Below are positions 27,701 through 37,640 of a stretch of 64,000 nt of DNA, piece by piece. Position numbers and translations under genes: made by a program. Below the pieces are notes generated by a model. That model was not told where the DNA came from, searched no databases, and was given only the letters and a program-made list of their open reading frames with translations. The DNA lies in the sequence record NC_061445.1. One strand, written 5' to 3'. Position 1 is the first letter of the stretch. The number at the start of each line of letters is the position of its first letter.

Positions 27701-30632
27701 CGAGCAGCACGTAGCTGAAACGGAAGCGGTTAACGAACTCTACAGCACCACGCACACGAACACGCACACCGCCGATATCAACGTTGAACGTACCAGTTTG
27801 CAGGAAGCTCAGACCGACGATATAGATCGTGTTACGAGGAGCCTGAGAGATCACATCATACATGCGCTCCTCGCCCCAGGTGTTCACAGTGTCAGCAGTG
27901 ATTGGCACTGCGTTCCAACCGTCAACGATCTTATGCAGGTCGTCACACCAGTTCGCTACGAGGTTCGACGGACAGATGATCAGAGGACGAATAGTCTCTT
28001 CACCCAAGTCGTCAAGCTCTTTGATGAGAGCAGCGATATCGGACAGACCGATAATCGTCTTACCACCACCAGGCGCGATAAAGATTGTGGCAAAGCGTGG
28101 ACGACGACGGAGCGTCTTGTGCGCTTCAACCTGATGCGGCAGTAACGCTGCACCGTCTTTCAGGCCAGGGATACGGATATCGTCAATCGTGATACCGCTA
28201 TCTGGTTTCAGTCGCTCAATCTCATTCTCGGCCGATTCGAAAATCTCAAGAGACTTAGGAATCACATCGCTGTACATCGTAGCGAACGGCAGGATGATTT
28301 GTTGCAGACGTCCAGACCCAGGCGCTTGGTCGCTGTCAATCAGAGAGCTAAACAGCTTCTTACGATCAGCAGTCACCAGAGAGTTTGCCATTTCACGATA
28401 GAGCGCACCACCGAAGTAGTTGTTCAGTCGTGCCATGTCAGACAGCTTGGACTTCTCACCCATCACGAAGTAGTGCGTGTGGTTAGGCAGAGACTCGGTC
28501 GCAGCAGTGATGCTACCCATCTCATTCAGAGAAGTCATGATCAGGTTCGAACCACGCAGACCAGCAGCGTCATTCAGCACACGAAGCATGATGCGCAGCA
28601 TAGTCAGAGCAGGGCGCTCGTTCGACATATCAGGCACAGAGAAGTCGTTGCCGATCAGGTTCTCATACAGACCATTGTCCATAGAGCTTTCAGACAGGGA
28701 AGCATTCTCTGCATCCATGCCGACAGCTTTACGTGCGTTCTCTACCAGAGTTTTCAGATCAGGAACTTGTTTGCTCTTGAGCATAAACTCGTAGGTCTGA
28801 CACGTCTGGGCGATGATGTTAACCAGCTCAGGCAGATTAGAGCCTTCTGGGGAGTTGAACTTGATTGTGGATTCGCTCACACTCTCAACCAACTTGCCAC
28901 TGCCGGACTCTACCTTAGCAGCTTCGACCATCGTATCGAACGAGGTACGATACAGCGCCATACCGCCAGATGCCTGATTGTGATAGATGTTGCCAATCAC
29001 GTTCGACACAGAACGGAAGTTAGGTGCTTCACCCGGCTCTGCGAAGTCGTAACCCAGAGCATCTGCTACGTCCAGCGAAGTCGGTGCTTTCATACCAACA
29101 GTACGCGTTTCGTTAACAGACAGGCCACCGCCGTTTGACGTGTTAACCACCAGCGCAAAGTCAGGGTCGATGCCGATACACACATCACTGAAACGCGTCA
29201 GTGATTTAGCTTTCGCCTGCACTTCACGGTCGTAATCGAGATTACCGTTCTGGATAGCGAACATGTTGGTACGCAGGGTATCATGCTCGGTAGACAGCGG
29301 GATGCCTTTTTCGAACAGGTCTTCAAGCACACCGTTCAGGCTAGTCTCGTATGTCTTAACCATGTCAACGTCGATATCTTCACGACGAGGCAGCACAGCC
29401 ATAGTGCCGTTCGGCATGATGGTCATACCGTGCTCATCGGCCACAACATCGTTCACCACGTAGTTGAATTTCTCACGCAGCTTTTTCAGCTCAGGCAGAG
29501 AAGTGGCAGACGTGACGTAGCGCGGGATACGAGCAGCACGAGTGATACCGGTACGAGTAGAGTTAGCAACACGGAAGTAATAGCTCGCCCAACCCTGGAA
29601 CCAACGATACAGACACATGGTCTGAGTCGCAGCGCCCTGAGAGATGTACTCAACCATTTCTTTCTCGAAGTTAACGATCAGACCACCTTCGACGCGGACG
29701 TCAGTGGCAAGCGCTACTTCATTGAAATCAACAGGAGTGTCGTGGCTGATCTTCATCGCTTGAATCTTGCGGTCGATCATCGCTTTGCCCGGAATCGAGC
29801 GAATGCCGATGGTCATGAAGTCGCCCAGACCGTCTACTACCTGCTTGTCGAGATTGCGGAACAGGTCGATATCCAGATTGTGCATCGACGGGTGGATAGA
29901 GCGCAGTGCTGCGTTGTACACAGTCCAGTCTTTATCGAGTGGGATGCGAACCATCTTGGTATCGAACACGTTGCTGTTATTGCGCTCAACGCCGAAGATA
30001 TCTTTGTACATGGTCTTCGCCATGCGAATCGCGGCTTGTGCAATATCAGCGCTGTACGTTTGCAGGTTAGCGCGTTCGAACGTACCATCGTTGTCAACAC
30101 GAGGACGGTCGCTACCCTGATTGTTCAGGATGTTGAAGTTACCGTTTGAAGCCAGCGGGCTAGTCGGGCACGGAGTACCAGACATGATGATATCTTTACC
30201 GCCAGGGAAACGTGTGGAGTTTTCGACGATAGCGCCAGAAGATGCAGACAGATGCTCAGCCAGCGAGGACTTAATCTCACGCGTTAGCTTGCTATCGTTC
30301 AACATCACATTGATCTTCAACGTCGCGGCTTCGATGTTGTTCTTGATACGCTTGGTGAAGTCGTCAGGAGAGACTTCCAGCATGTCTTCGAACTCAGCAC
30401 CGTTAGTCACGATGTAGTTGATCAGGTCGAATGCGGCATAGATTCGAGCGACGGTAGATGCGGTGAACACTGCAAGGGTTTCGTAGTTGCGACGAGACTT
30501 CCCTGTAGCGTACATCTTCGACATTTTACCATCGAACTCGGGGGGCAACGGACGGATAGCAAGCGCCTGACTAAAGCTGTCGGCAATTTGCTGCGTCGCG
30601 GTGGCTGACGTACTGATCACTTGATTCATCAT
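24786..30632 (-). CDS. Giant SNF2-family helicase/ATPase (1948 aa)
   Basis: LLPHQ, APGGGKT, LIICPSNLVANW, LDESHKVKN, ATGT, SEGHNMQ, PWSP..YDQSTARIFR; ~800-aa unassigned N-terminus and ~450-aa C-terminus. Confidence 0.85.
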   Translation of the reverse strand: MMNQVISTSATATQQIADSFSQALAIRPLPPEFDGKMSKMYATGKSRRNYETLAVFTASTVARIYAAFDLINYIVTNGAEFEDMLEVSPDDFTKRIKNNIEAATLKINVMLNDSKLTREIKSSLAEHLSASSGAIVENSTRFPGGKDIIMSGTPCPTSPLASNGNFNILNNQGSDRPRVDNDGTFERANLQTYSADIAQAAIRMAKTMYKDIFGVERNNSNVFDTKMVRIPLDKDWTVYNAALRSIHPSMHNLDIDLFRNLDKQVVDGLGDFMTIGIRSIPGKAMIDRKIQAMKISHDTPVDFNEVALATDVRVEGGLIVNFEKEMVEYISQGAATQTMCLYRWFQGWASYYFRVANSTRTGITRAARIPRYVTSATSLPELKKLREKFNYVVNDVVADEHGMTIMPNGTMAVLPRREDIDVDMVKTYETSLNGVLEDLFEKGIPLSTEHDTLRTNMFAIQNGNLDYDREVQAKAKSLTRFSDVCIGIDPDFALVVNTSNGGGLSVNETRTVGMKAPTSLDVADALGYDFAEPGEAPNFRSVSNVIGNIYHNQASGGMALYRTSFDTMVEAAKVESGSGKLVESVSESTIKFNSPEGSNLPELVNIIAQTCQTYEFMLKSKQVPDLKTLVENARKAVGMDAENASLSESSMDNGLYENLIGNDFSVPDMSNERPALTMLRIMLRVLNDAAGLRGSNLIMTSLNEMGSITAATESLPNHTHYFVMGEKSKLSDMARLNNYFGGALYREMANSLVTADRKKLFSSLIDSDQAPGSGRLQQIILPFATMYSDVIPKSLEIFESAENEIERLKPDSGITIDDIRIPGLKDGAALLPHQVEAHKTLRRRPRFATIFIAPGGGKTIIGLSDIAALIKELDDLGEETIRPLIICPSNLVANWCDDLHKIVDGWNAVPITADTVNTWGEERMYDVISQAPRNTIYIVGLSFLQTGTFNVDIGGVRVRVRGAVEFVNRFRFSYVLLDESHKVKNFSGGQAGSQVHFNTKAVFTAPSVRYARIATGTLVTDRVRDIVGQAALMTPAMFGDSLDVAYDGAKDDIEMIRRAHSRMANHTAFISFKRKHWAFMLPNPIDTFIQVEIDDPSVPNSALHQEVYNAMYAEVLEKLDEAARNAKKSKSSDDEDDETGGGDNENATDIDEDDIEEGDDLGALLAGNADLNMYFQRMEMMLTDPMGDDVARLTFEAAGVNNFVSAKVLTIIDRIKKHFEVQPERDIMVKEQQIFEWKPGVQPRELDIAVYNGQKYLARKQSEEFQRQDLPPSMTPPPDDPDYWKPEVQGKLIVFTRYVRAANAIYNALPANYKKVAVVYHGEVGKLGQNKDANLDAFKTDPNVQILIANEQAISEGHNMQMGSRIIRCDTPWSPGTYDQSTARIFRPDVAAAKLDENGKPGDMAREVVFIDWVMTNKTLEVGKVARLMWKTLEKTRFDEKGNKRYEALDQYKLDPIKMSPSLLLDNNTMKDFEPYFLAKRDLNEIESQEFQEMRRTTVAAMQALPSTPALNDFRVMEQTPFVANQKIPDRHGWGLERILDWARNRNFASGENLKDSLNRAPVVTEYGNGLIVSVTARMVDGKLRADSPISTVRVRLAGTGETVSIPATKVHIATKVDKADLKRFFEQRKPWANEKDRKRANAEANRVEVEDTVLDETQTADTKETEKKVEAQARKAARVAQRKQNKEEGKPINEGVEEAAKKVRRRKAADLPPLANTTTRMKPGAKAVAEATGSDMALELTPTVYNGFVALYADATDPDAKALKEFDFVEFGDYVYYDCAYYADFEALLDFIEVKKKLSFDRMSEKRLEFVLDFFDESTPRMGFNVKLATKGQEQLPKFFLVKHKSASDKNHIKAYPMVMEDRLRIMFDLKTNPKMKRFVGTKIPNTRKFGTFDQAPGMWIGFVKNVATAKSRINKIVKAGYTITNIKRVTTALDKLKLTMSKNKSV

Positions 30633-31123
30633 TCACCCGATTTAATGTAGTTGTCAATCACGGACTGCCACACCGTTGGAACTGGTAGGCGACGGTCCGC
30701 AGCGATATCTGAAAGCACGACAGCCAGCGCATAAGCGCGAAGCGGAGCGAGACCCTCAAACTTATCACGCGTAAACACAGACATGAGTTGGTCATTAGTC
30801 AGTGTCTGGTATTGCGCACGATACTCTGAAAGGTACTGGCCATACTTGCCGTCGTCAACTGGCGTAGTGTCCGGAATGCTCTGGACATACAGCAGCGCTT
30901 TCCCAAGTGCATCCATAATCAGAAGCAAATCTGCTTGATCATACGGAGTGATATCAGGCACGTTGGAGCGACCCATCAATTCGAGAACTGATTGAGGCAA
31001 CTGGATAGGCTCTCGTTCAGCCGAGAGGGACTTCATTACACCACCAGCAGCTCCTGCGTATGACTTATCGCTACACGCAAGTTCCGACAGTAGAGTATGA
31101 AGACGCGTGTTTACGTCATTCAC
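30629..31123 (-). CDS. Hypothetical protein (164 aa)
   Basis: GTG start with AGGAG RBS; ATGA overlap with SNF2. Confidence 0.65.
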   Translation of the reverse strand: MNDVNTRLHTLLSELACSDKSYAGAAGGVMKSLSAEREPIQLPQSVLELMGRSNVPDITPYDQADLLLIMDALGKALLYVQSIPDTTPVDDGKYGQYLSEYRAQYQTLTNDQLMSVFTRDKFEGLAPLRAYALAVVLSDIAADRRLPVPTVWQSVIDNYIKSGE

Positions 31124-31133
31124 GGTTCTTCTC

Positions 31134-31916
31134 CTAAATAAAAATGCTCTTGACCAGAGTGTTCAGTTTCTTTTCCACCGCATGACGTTTATACGTGGTC
31201 AGGAAACAACACAGCCTGCGTGATTGAATGTGCAGTGCAATCGCATTGCCCCGAACGCGCATACAGTCAACACCAAGATCAATACTCCACGGATGCCACG
31301 CACGAGGCGCAAGCATACCCTGCTGAATTGTCGGATAAGTGTCCGGCACAACAGGTAGAGGAGACTTTTCCAATTTCTTGGTCAAATTATCAGTTTTGAA
31401 CAACGCTTTAGGCTGTTTGTTCGAAAACCAGTAAGGAACCTGCTTATGCAGTATCTCGCCAACTTTCGGTATACCACCGCGAGTTGTTTGAGGCACATAC
31501 ACGAGGTAGATATCGATCGTGGTATTGAGACAGTTAGCGACACGGTTGTAGTCGCTGTTTGTGCGCGACTGCACATCAGCCAGACGGAACTTATTGCTGA
31601 ACTCAATACGTTGCAGCCACTGCTTGAGGTCATTTTGTTGAATCTTCAACAATGCTTTCGCCTGATCGATAGAGTGCAACGTAACAGGCGGAATATGACG
31701 CAGCAGGAACTTAGTGCTTGTGCGAGACAGCGACGAGATGAACCCTTCGACTACTCGCTCCATGCCTAGAGGCTGAGGCAGTGAGTGAAACAGATCAACC
31801 GCAGTCTGCGTCGAAATGAATGCACCCCATGCTTCGATATACTCTGGGTCAACGCAATCAGGGAAGTTGCGAAGGTCCAGCCCTACATCTGAGCCATAAC
31901 GTTTCAAACGACTCAC
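31134..31916 (-). CDS. Hypothetical protein (260 aa)
   Basis: GGAGG RBS, GTG start overlapping the HNH stop. Confidence 0.7.
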   Translation of the reverse strand: MSRLKRYGSDVGLDLRNFPDCVDPEYIEAWGAFISTQTAVDLFHSLPQPLGMERVVEGFISSLSRTSTKFLLRHIPPVTLHSIDQAKALLKIQQNDLKQWLQRIEFSNKFRLADVQSRTNSDYNRVANCLNTTIDIYLVYVPQTTRGGIPKVGEILHKQVPYWFSNKQPKALFKTDNLTKKLEKSPLPVVPDTYPTIQQGMLAPRAWHPWSIDLGVDCMRVRGNAIALHIQSRRLCCFLTTYKRHAVEKKLNTLVKSIFI

Positions 31917-32278
31917 CGTTTACCTCCATGAAGCAATCGAGAGCCACGACGGTTGTTACTGCCTATCTGGTTGTTGTCGCATGAATAACACAACAGTTCA
32001 AGATTGTGCTTCATGTTCGAACCGCCTTTGGCGTGTCCAACTTTGTGGTTGAGAATAAGCTGGGCAGTAGGTACGCCACAGCGTTCGCAGAATTGACCAC
32101 GCTCGTCGATGATACTCATCTTGAGTCGAGTCCAGTCTGCTCTGTCCATACGAACGTGAGTACCTGCGCGAGCACGTTCAAAGCCTGTAACACCAGCAAG
32201 ACGTTGTGACGTGGACATGCTTCTGCCACGACCACCCATAGTTCTCGCTGCAATACCACCCTTAGGTCTGTATGCCAT
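31913..32278 (-). CDS. HNH endonuclease (121 aa) with Arg/Gly-rich termini
   Basis: CERCG...NHKVGHAKGGSN..HNLELLCYSCDN. Confidence 0.8.
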   Translation of the reverse strand: MAYRPKGGIAARTMGGRGRSMSTSQRLAGVTGFERARAGTHVRMDRADWTRLKMSIIDERGQFCERCGVPTAQLILNHKVGHAKGGSNMKHNLELLCYSCDNNQIGSNNRRGSRLLHGGKR

Positions 32279-32300
32279 GTCAATCTCCTAAATACAATGT

Positions 32301-32309
32301 TATTTACAG
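32301..32309 (-). promoter_or_regulatory. Class-M motif CTGTAAATA
   Basis: Intergenic, 23 nt upstream of the HNH gene. Confidence 0.65.
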
Positions 32310-32311
32310 AC

Positions 32312-33133
32312 TTAGGCGCTCGCACTGAATATCTGAACCGTCTTTGACAGACTGGCTTGATAGGATTGCTCTATGTCTTTCGCCGCGTTACGAACGATCT
32401 GGGTCACCTGATTCTGAGCACCAGCAATCATCTCAATAGGCAGATTCTTCTTGTTCCATGCGTTGAGCTTGTGGAACACGTCTACGAGGATTGTACCGGC
32501 AGACTCTGCGAATGGTGCAAGCACTTCGACGTTGAGTATCTCACCCAGCTGGCCAACGTCACGCAGCGCACGAAGGTCAGCAATGATCTCACGCATCTGG
32601 TTATACAGTTGCATGAGCGCGTAAATATCACGGCTCTGTTTGCCCGCTTTGTATTGCTTCTCGCAGATACGTGCCATATCCTGACACTGAGTAAACATGG
32701 TCATGTACTCTTGAATCTGCGCATTCTCTTGTTTGATAACGTCAGGGATTTCGTCCATCGCTTCGATGAACTGACCTTCGAGAACGGCAACATCGGTGCT
32801 CAAACTCTTTTTGTCTTTCTTCTTTTTCTTCTTGAGAGTATCAACCGCATTCTCTTTTTTCTTTTTCTTCTTCACCTTTTCAGGCTTAGGTTCGTTAAGA
32901 GACTGCATTGCCTTTTGTGACGCTGCGATATCCGAATAGAACGACTCGGGATCAATGTGTTTCGGCAGCTCGTCATTAACAGAGTCAGACTTCTTTTTCT
33001 TTTTGACCTTAACGCCTTTGCTAACTGTTTTAGCTTTCTTGACGGTGGTCTTAGCTTTAACTTTTGCTTTGCTCTTTTTCTTTGCAGGAGCTTGTGCAAA
33101 AGAGCCAATGTCATCCAAGCTTATGGCCGCCAT
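32312..33133 (-). CDS. Hypothetical protein (273 aa), Lys-rich N-half and helical C-half
   Basis: Several poly-K tracts; GAGG RBS. Confidence 0.7.
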   Translation of the reverse strand: MAAISLDDIGSFAQAPAKKKSKAKVKAKTTVKKAKTVSKGVKVKKKKKSDSVNDELPKHIDPESFYSDIAASQKAMQSLNEPKPEKVKKKKKKENAVDTLKKKKKKDKKSLSTDVAVLEGQFIEAMDEIPDVIKQENAQIQEYMTMFTQCQDMARICEKQYKAGKQSRDIYALMQLYNQMREIIADLRALRDVGQLGEILNVEVLAPFAESAGTILVDVFHKLNAWNKKNLPIEMIAGAQNQVTQIVRNAAKDIEQSYQASLSKTVQIFSASA

Positions 33134-33155
33134 ATGAAAATCCTCAGTAGAAACG

Positions 33156-33183
33156 AAAAAGGGAACCCCGCGAGGCTCCCTTT
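33156..33183 (-). terminator. Rho-independent terminator
   Basis: AAAGGGAGCC-TCGC-GGGGTTCCCTTTTT hairpin after the 33193 stop. Confidence 0.7.
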
Positions 33184-33192
33184 AGGGTTTGT

Positions 33193-33999
33193 TTAGAAGC
33201 TATGACCTTTGATGATCGTTGCCAGCTTGTCGTAGTATTCAGGGCTGTAGCGGAATACTTGTTTGTAGTAGTCCAGCAGCTTAGGAACGTCTACTCCAGC
33301 GGCAGCAGATACTGAATCAACCTGAGGGAAGTGCTTGTCGTCCAGCTCATCGCCAGACAGCACAGCTACCATGCTCATGGAGCTGATTTGCTCTTCCTGA
33401 CCCTGCTCGTCAACAACGAGGAAGGTGTTGTCGTCAGTCACGGCAGCAGCAACGAAACCAACTTTCAGTTCACCGCTGTTTGACACGAAGCTAATCATGT
33501 CGCCACCAGCAGCGCCCGCCAGTACGGCATTGTGACGTGCGATAGTCGCAGCCAGTTCAGGCATAGAAGTCTGAATGTTTGTAGCAGACGCGCCGGACAC
33601 GGAACGAATCATGTTGATCAGTTCAGAGTTATCGTTCGCATCGCTTTCGCGTACCAGAACATCTTCACCGCTTTCGCTGCGGCGAATAGCCCACATGCGC
33701 TCTGACTTGTCCATGTACATGTTCTTGGACAGCGCCTGGAACTCGTCACCCATCTGCGACACAGGAACGATATCCTGCATACGGTGCATGACAGTACGGA
33801 TGAAGCTGGTGGTTTTACCCGCGTCCAGAACAGTAGCAGCGCCAGCAACAGGAACGTATTCACGATTGCAGGAAGCGCTCACAACAGCACCGAAGTTGTC
33901 GGCAATGTTCTCGCCGTGAGCGTGTGTAACTTGCACGATGGCCACGCTCTGGTTGTCGTTGAGCTGGTCAATCTGTTTGATGAAAGCCTTCATTGTCAT
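33193..33999 (-). CDS. Putative virion protein (268 aa)
   Basis: AGGAG RBS; CTAATTT motif upstream; several internal S-x-S-A/G sites. Confidence 0.6.
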   Translation of the reverse strand: MTMKAFIKQIDQLNDNQSVAIVQVTHAHGENIADNFGAVVSASCNREYVPVAGAATVLDAGKTTSFIRTVMHRMQDIVPVSQMGDEFQALSKNMYMDKSERMWAIRRSESGEDVLVRESDANDNSELINMIRSVSGASATNIQTSMPELAATIARHNAVLAGAAGGDMISFVSNSGELKVGFVAAAVTDDNTFLVVDEQGQEEQISSMSMVAVLSGDELDDKHFPQVDSVSAAAGVDVPKLLDYYKQVFRYSPEYYDKLATIIKGHSF

Positions 34000-34022
34000 C
34001 TCCTGAATGTTTCGACAATATG

Positions 34023-34029
34023 AAATTAG
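34023..34029 (-). promoter_or_regulatory. Class-L motif CTAATTT
   Basis: Intergenic, 24 nt upstream of 33999. Confidence 0.55.
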
Positions 34030-34040
34030 TAAACTTAGGG

Positions 34041-35204
34041 TTAGCCAGTCACGCGATAACGCGCATTGACCCAGATACTACGGTTACCAACAGTAGCCCA
34101 TTTGGTTGTTGGGCTATTTGTGATGCCGAGCTTGCCAAGTGCGCGAGCACCGTCAATCGCACCAGCACCCTGAGAACCATCACCGTCGTTGATTCCGGCT
34201 TTAGACAGTTTGTTCTTCAAGTTCGTAACAGGACCTTGAATCTGTGTTTCGAGTCGACCTAAAGCAGACTCAATAGCAGGCGTACGGTCCATGTTTAAGT
34301 TGACGACTTGACCTGTGAAGTCAAACGCCATTTGCCCTTCTGCTTGAAGTTGTGCAGACAGCGCATAATAGCAGCTACAGGTAATCCAGCCGTCTAAGAT
34401 TGTGCCCTGCATGTTCGTACCGTTAAAGCCGGTGACACGCGGACCAATCATATTGAACAGCGCAAGGCCACGATACAGATAACCAACAAGGTCAGCCTGA
34501 GTGTATTCAAGCTCAGGGATAACGTTGTATGCTCTCGCTTTGTTGATGTGGTCTTCAACCATCGACGCTGCAATGAGAACTTGCGGCGTGATTGCCCACA
34601 ACTTAAACGTGAACATCTTGGTTGTCTTACGTGTCGCCGAAGTGTAATGCACGATCAAGCTAATCGGCTCAAGGCGACGAGTAGCAACCCATACAGGAAC
34701 TTGGAACACGCAGGTCTTTGCGCGGTTCACAATCATCTTCACACCAGCATCGCCGGAGTCGATATCAGATGCAACGATTTGGTTGTTGAGTGCGAGTTGG
34801 AATTTCAGCTTATCGCCACGCGTGTCGAAGTGAAACGGCAACGTTATCTCAAACGTTTCGTTATCCCCAAACAGCGTAACGATATCAGTCACACGGTTTT
34901 CAGTCAGTGGCTCAACGATGAGTTCCTGACGCGACTGCATGACACCTTCTTCCGACTCGTACCGCCATGTGACTACAAGACGTTTATCGTCCACCAGCCC
35001 CATGTTAGGAACAGCAACGTCAGCAGTCCACGAGCCGGGAATCTCACCCGGCGTAGCGACCACTTGAGCCAGCACTGATTTATCATCAGGGTCAATGAGG
35101 CTTACGACAGGCCCCATATCATCTGACTGCGGATAGACTGGCTGGTCGAGGTCATTAAAGAATGTTTCCTCAATGACCAACACATTACCTTCTGTTGTGC
35201 GCAT
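34041..35204 (-). CDS. Putative head-tail/neck structural protein (start corrected to MRTTEG, 387 aa)
   Basis: Ig-like beta N-half; C-half (ELEYTQADLVGYL...F.FTGQ..N...DR) is reminiscent of neck adaptors; weak assignment. Confidence 0.45.
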   Translation of the reverse strand: MRTTEGNVLVIEETFFNDLDQPVYPQSDDMGPVVSLIDPDDKSVLAQVVATPGEIPGSWTADVAVPNMGLVDDKRLVVTWRYESEEGVMQSRQELIVEPLTENRVTDIVTLFGDNETFEITLPFHFDTRGDKLKFQLALNNQIVASDIDSGDAGVKMIVNRAKTCVFQVPVWVATRRLEPISLIVHYTSATRKTTKMFTFKLWAITPQVLIAASMVEDHINKARAYNVIPELEYTQADLVGYLYRGLALFNMIGPRVTGFNGTNMQGTILDGWITCSCYYALSAQLQAEGQMAFDFTGQVVNLNMDRTPAIESALGRLETQIQGPVTNLKNKLSKAGINDGDGSQGAGAIDGARALGKLGITNSPTTKWATVGNRSIWVNARYRVTG

Positions 35205-35205
35205 A

Positions 35206-36312
35206 TCAGTCCGCCTTAGTGAGTCCCAGATACTCAATCAGATTGCGTAGCTGGTCGTTATACCCACCTTCGATTAGCGCTCGTGCCATTGCAACGTGGT
35301 TCGAGTTCGCAGTGCGCACTACCTTAGCCTGATACTCAGGAACGTTCTGCATGTTCTGGCTCAGGTTGTAGAAGTAACTGCGCACGAAGTTGGTTCGCTC
35401 CACGTTACTCGCTTCCATATCGCTTGTGTCCTGTGTAGGAGTCAGCAGCAGATAGAGAGCAGCAAGCAGTTCAGGACTTTGGTCAACGACAGGCGAGGCA
35501 AGCGAAGCAGCAATCTTCGTCATGCCTTTAGCAATGAAGTCAACCACAGTCTTCTCAATGTACGCTGTCCCCGCCTTGCCAACATTCGGCAGATACAGAT
35601 TAGGCAGGATATAGATACAGAAGTACAGAGGGAAATCTTTACGCATCACATCGGTGATGAGCATCTCGGAGTAATCTTTCCAGATGTTCAGGTTGAAGTG
35701 CCACTCATCGTAAGGCACAGTGCGCATCAGGTTAGATACCGTCAGGTCGCGCACCAGATTCGCCTGCGATGCAAGATCGCGAGCGCTCTGAGAAGGGCCG
35801 AGAGTAGAACTCGACACCAGTTGAACGTAGTTGCGAGTGACAGCACCCACAGTGTTATACACAACGTTCAACATCTCTACCCCGTTACCGTTGAGTCCGA
35901 AGATAACAGAACGAGGCAGGCCGATTGTGATGTACTCGTTATTATTGTCAACGCCCCACAAGCGCCAGTAACGCCCGCGACCAAGCTGAGTCATAGGCTG
36001 CGGGAGAATACGATTAGCGCGAGGTTTCAGGCAGAACGTGAAGCAGATACCGCTATCAATCATGATCACTGAATCATCAGGACGATTCGAGTAACCCATC
36101 GACATATCGTTATCCGTCGAGTACACGTTCACCAGAGTGAAGTTCAGAGACTTGGTGAAAGGCATCTGAGCTTCAATCAAATAGGCGAGGACTTGACGAA
36201 CGATAGTATCAAGCACATACGGACTAGCAGAACGCATTTGTTGCGGACGGTATTGCCCGCTGAATGTGTTCTCTTTGAATGTGCGATCTACCTTGAAGTG
36301 CGTCAACGCCAT
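35206..36312 (-). CDS. Hypothetical protein (368 aa), likely structural
   Basis: TAATG coupling within the late operon. Confidence 0.65.
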   Translation of the reverse strand: MALTHFKVDRTFKENTFSGQYRPQQMRSASPYVLDTIVRQVLAYLIEAQMPFTKSLNFTLVNVYSTDNDMSMGYSNRPDDSVIMIDSGICFTFCLKPRANRILPQPMTQLGRGRYWRLWGVDNNNEYITIGLPRSVIFGLNGNGVEMLNVVYNTVGAVTRNYVQLVSSSTLGPSQSARDLASQANLVRDLTVSNLMRTVPYDEWHFNLNIWKDYSEMLITDVMRKDFPLYFCIYILPNLYLPNVGKAGTAYIEKTVVDFIAKGMTKIAASLASPVVDQSPELLAALYLLLTPTQDTSDMEASNVERTNFVRSYFYNLSQNMQNVPEYQAKVVRTANSNHVAMARALIEGGYNDQLRNLIEYLGLTKAD

Positions 36313-37595
36313 TACTTAACCGATTGCTTGAGCAGTCGTTTCTGCGCAGGGCTGAGACCCATGACTTCGGCAATGTCGTCGATTTTCTTCAACGTCAGTA
36401 CGCCTTTCGCAGTGCCGCCGCTACCGGTCAGGGAGACCTTAACGAACTCACGTCCGCTACGACCATTGACCATCTGGTGAACGATGCTGTTCTTACCGCC
36501 GCGGCCAGCACGAAGCGCAGTCGATGCCATGCCCAGGATTTCGGTAACAGCTTCTTTCTTCTCGGTAGGGCTGAGGCCCGGAGCAAGACGAACATACAGG
36601 CTGTCATTCTGGACACGCACGTTGTCGAAGATTTCTTTCTTACGACCGCGAATGGTGTGCTGTGCATTACCCAGCTGAGTGGTGTCACGCAGGTTCTGAG
36701 TAGAGCGGTTGATTGGCTTACGCTCACTGTAGTTCAGGAAGCCGTCGAGAGCCATCAGGTGGTTGATGGTACGCTTCATCTCAGGAGCAGTTTTAATCTG
36801 ACGACCCATAGGGAAGCTGCCCGGAACTTTCTCGTCAACGAGTGACGTCAGGAAGTTCTCACTGATACCGCTTGCCACTGCGATAGTGGTAGACAGCACC
36901 AGAGCATAGTTCGGGTAGTGCAGACCATCAGAGTTTACGAAGTTGTCGATAAACACATAGGTCTGGAAGCAGATAGGGTCGGTGCCTGACGCGATGAATG
37001 TACGAGTACGAATCTTCGAATAGTCTTCTTTATTCAGAATCTTCGACAGGTAGTTAGCGATAGTCGCAGCCAGCTTGGTGTGTTCTTTCGGAGCGCCGTT
37101 CTTAACGTCGATGCTCATCAGTTTAACCAATTTGGTCTGCTGGTCTTTCGCTTGCGTGATGACGTTCAGCAGGGACTTTGCAGCAGTGCTCTGATCTTTA
37201 AATGCGCTGAAAGTCTTGCTGCTAAGAATCTGATAGGCGACAGACAGTTCACCAATTGCTTGTGACAGTTGGCTAACCTGCTGGTTATACTGCGCCTTGT
37301 TCTTAACGTCAGTGATATCAATCTTCGACAGGTCGATTACCTGATTCAGGTCGATAGCTTTTGCCTGTTTGCCTTTGATTGAACCTTCAATATCAGACAG
37401 TTCAATCGCTTTGGCACTCATCGACAGGAGTTTTTTCGGGATGACGACAGACGTGGCTTGTGCGATAACTTTATCGAGTACGTTGCGGAACTCTTTCGCT
37501 GTACGCGCACCGCGTAGGGCAGTCATGTTCCCAGAGCTATAGTCAACAGATGCGCTGATACTGCTAACTTCATTGTTTTTGGCAGTCTTAGCCAT
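36312..37595 (-). CDS. Putative internal virion protein (start MAKTAK, 427 aa)
   Basis: GAGG RBS spacing favours ATG 37595; N-terminal VSSISA; CTAATTT upstream. Confidence 0.65.
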   Translation of the reverse strand: MAKTAKNNEVSSISASVDYSSGNMTALRGARTAKEFRNVLDKVIAQATSVVIPKKLLSMSAKAIELSDIEGSIKGKQAKAIDLNQVIDLSKIDITDVKNKAQYNQQVSQLSQAIGELSVAYQILSSKTFSAFKDQSTAAKSLLNVITQAKDQQTKLVKLMSIDVKNGAPKEHTKLAATIANYLSKILNKEDYSKIRTRTFIASGTDPICFQTYVFIDNFVNSDGLHYPNYALVLSTTIAVASGISENFLTSLVDEKVPGSFPMGRQIKTAPEMKRTINHLMALDGFLNYSERKPINRSTQNLRDTTQLGNAQHTIRGRKKEIFDNVRVQNDSLYVRLAPGLSPTEKKEAVTEILGMASTALRAGRGGKNSIVHQMVNGRSGREFVKVSLTGSGGTAKGVLTLKKIDDIAEVMGLSPAQKRLLKQSVK

Positions 37596-37633
37596 GATCA
37601 TCCTCTACTGGGTCTAGTAATCATATCGAATAA

Positions 37634-37640
37634 AAATTAG
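37634..37640 (-). promoter_or_regulatory. Class-L motif CTAATTT
   Basis: Intergenic, cGCTAATTTTT, ~35 nt upstream of the start. Confidence 0.6.

Noticed and set aside
31913-32278. HNH gene as a mobile homing element
   Set aside because: It is short, not in an intron, and heads an operon with its own class-M motif; more likely a resident gene
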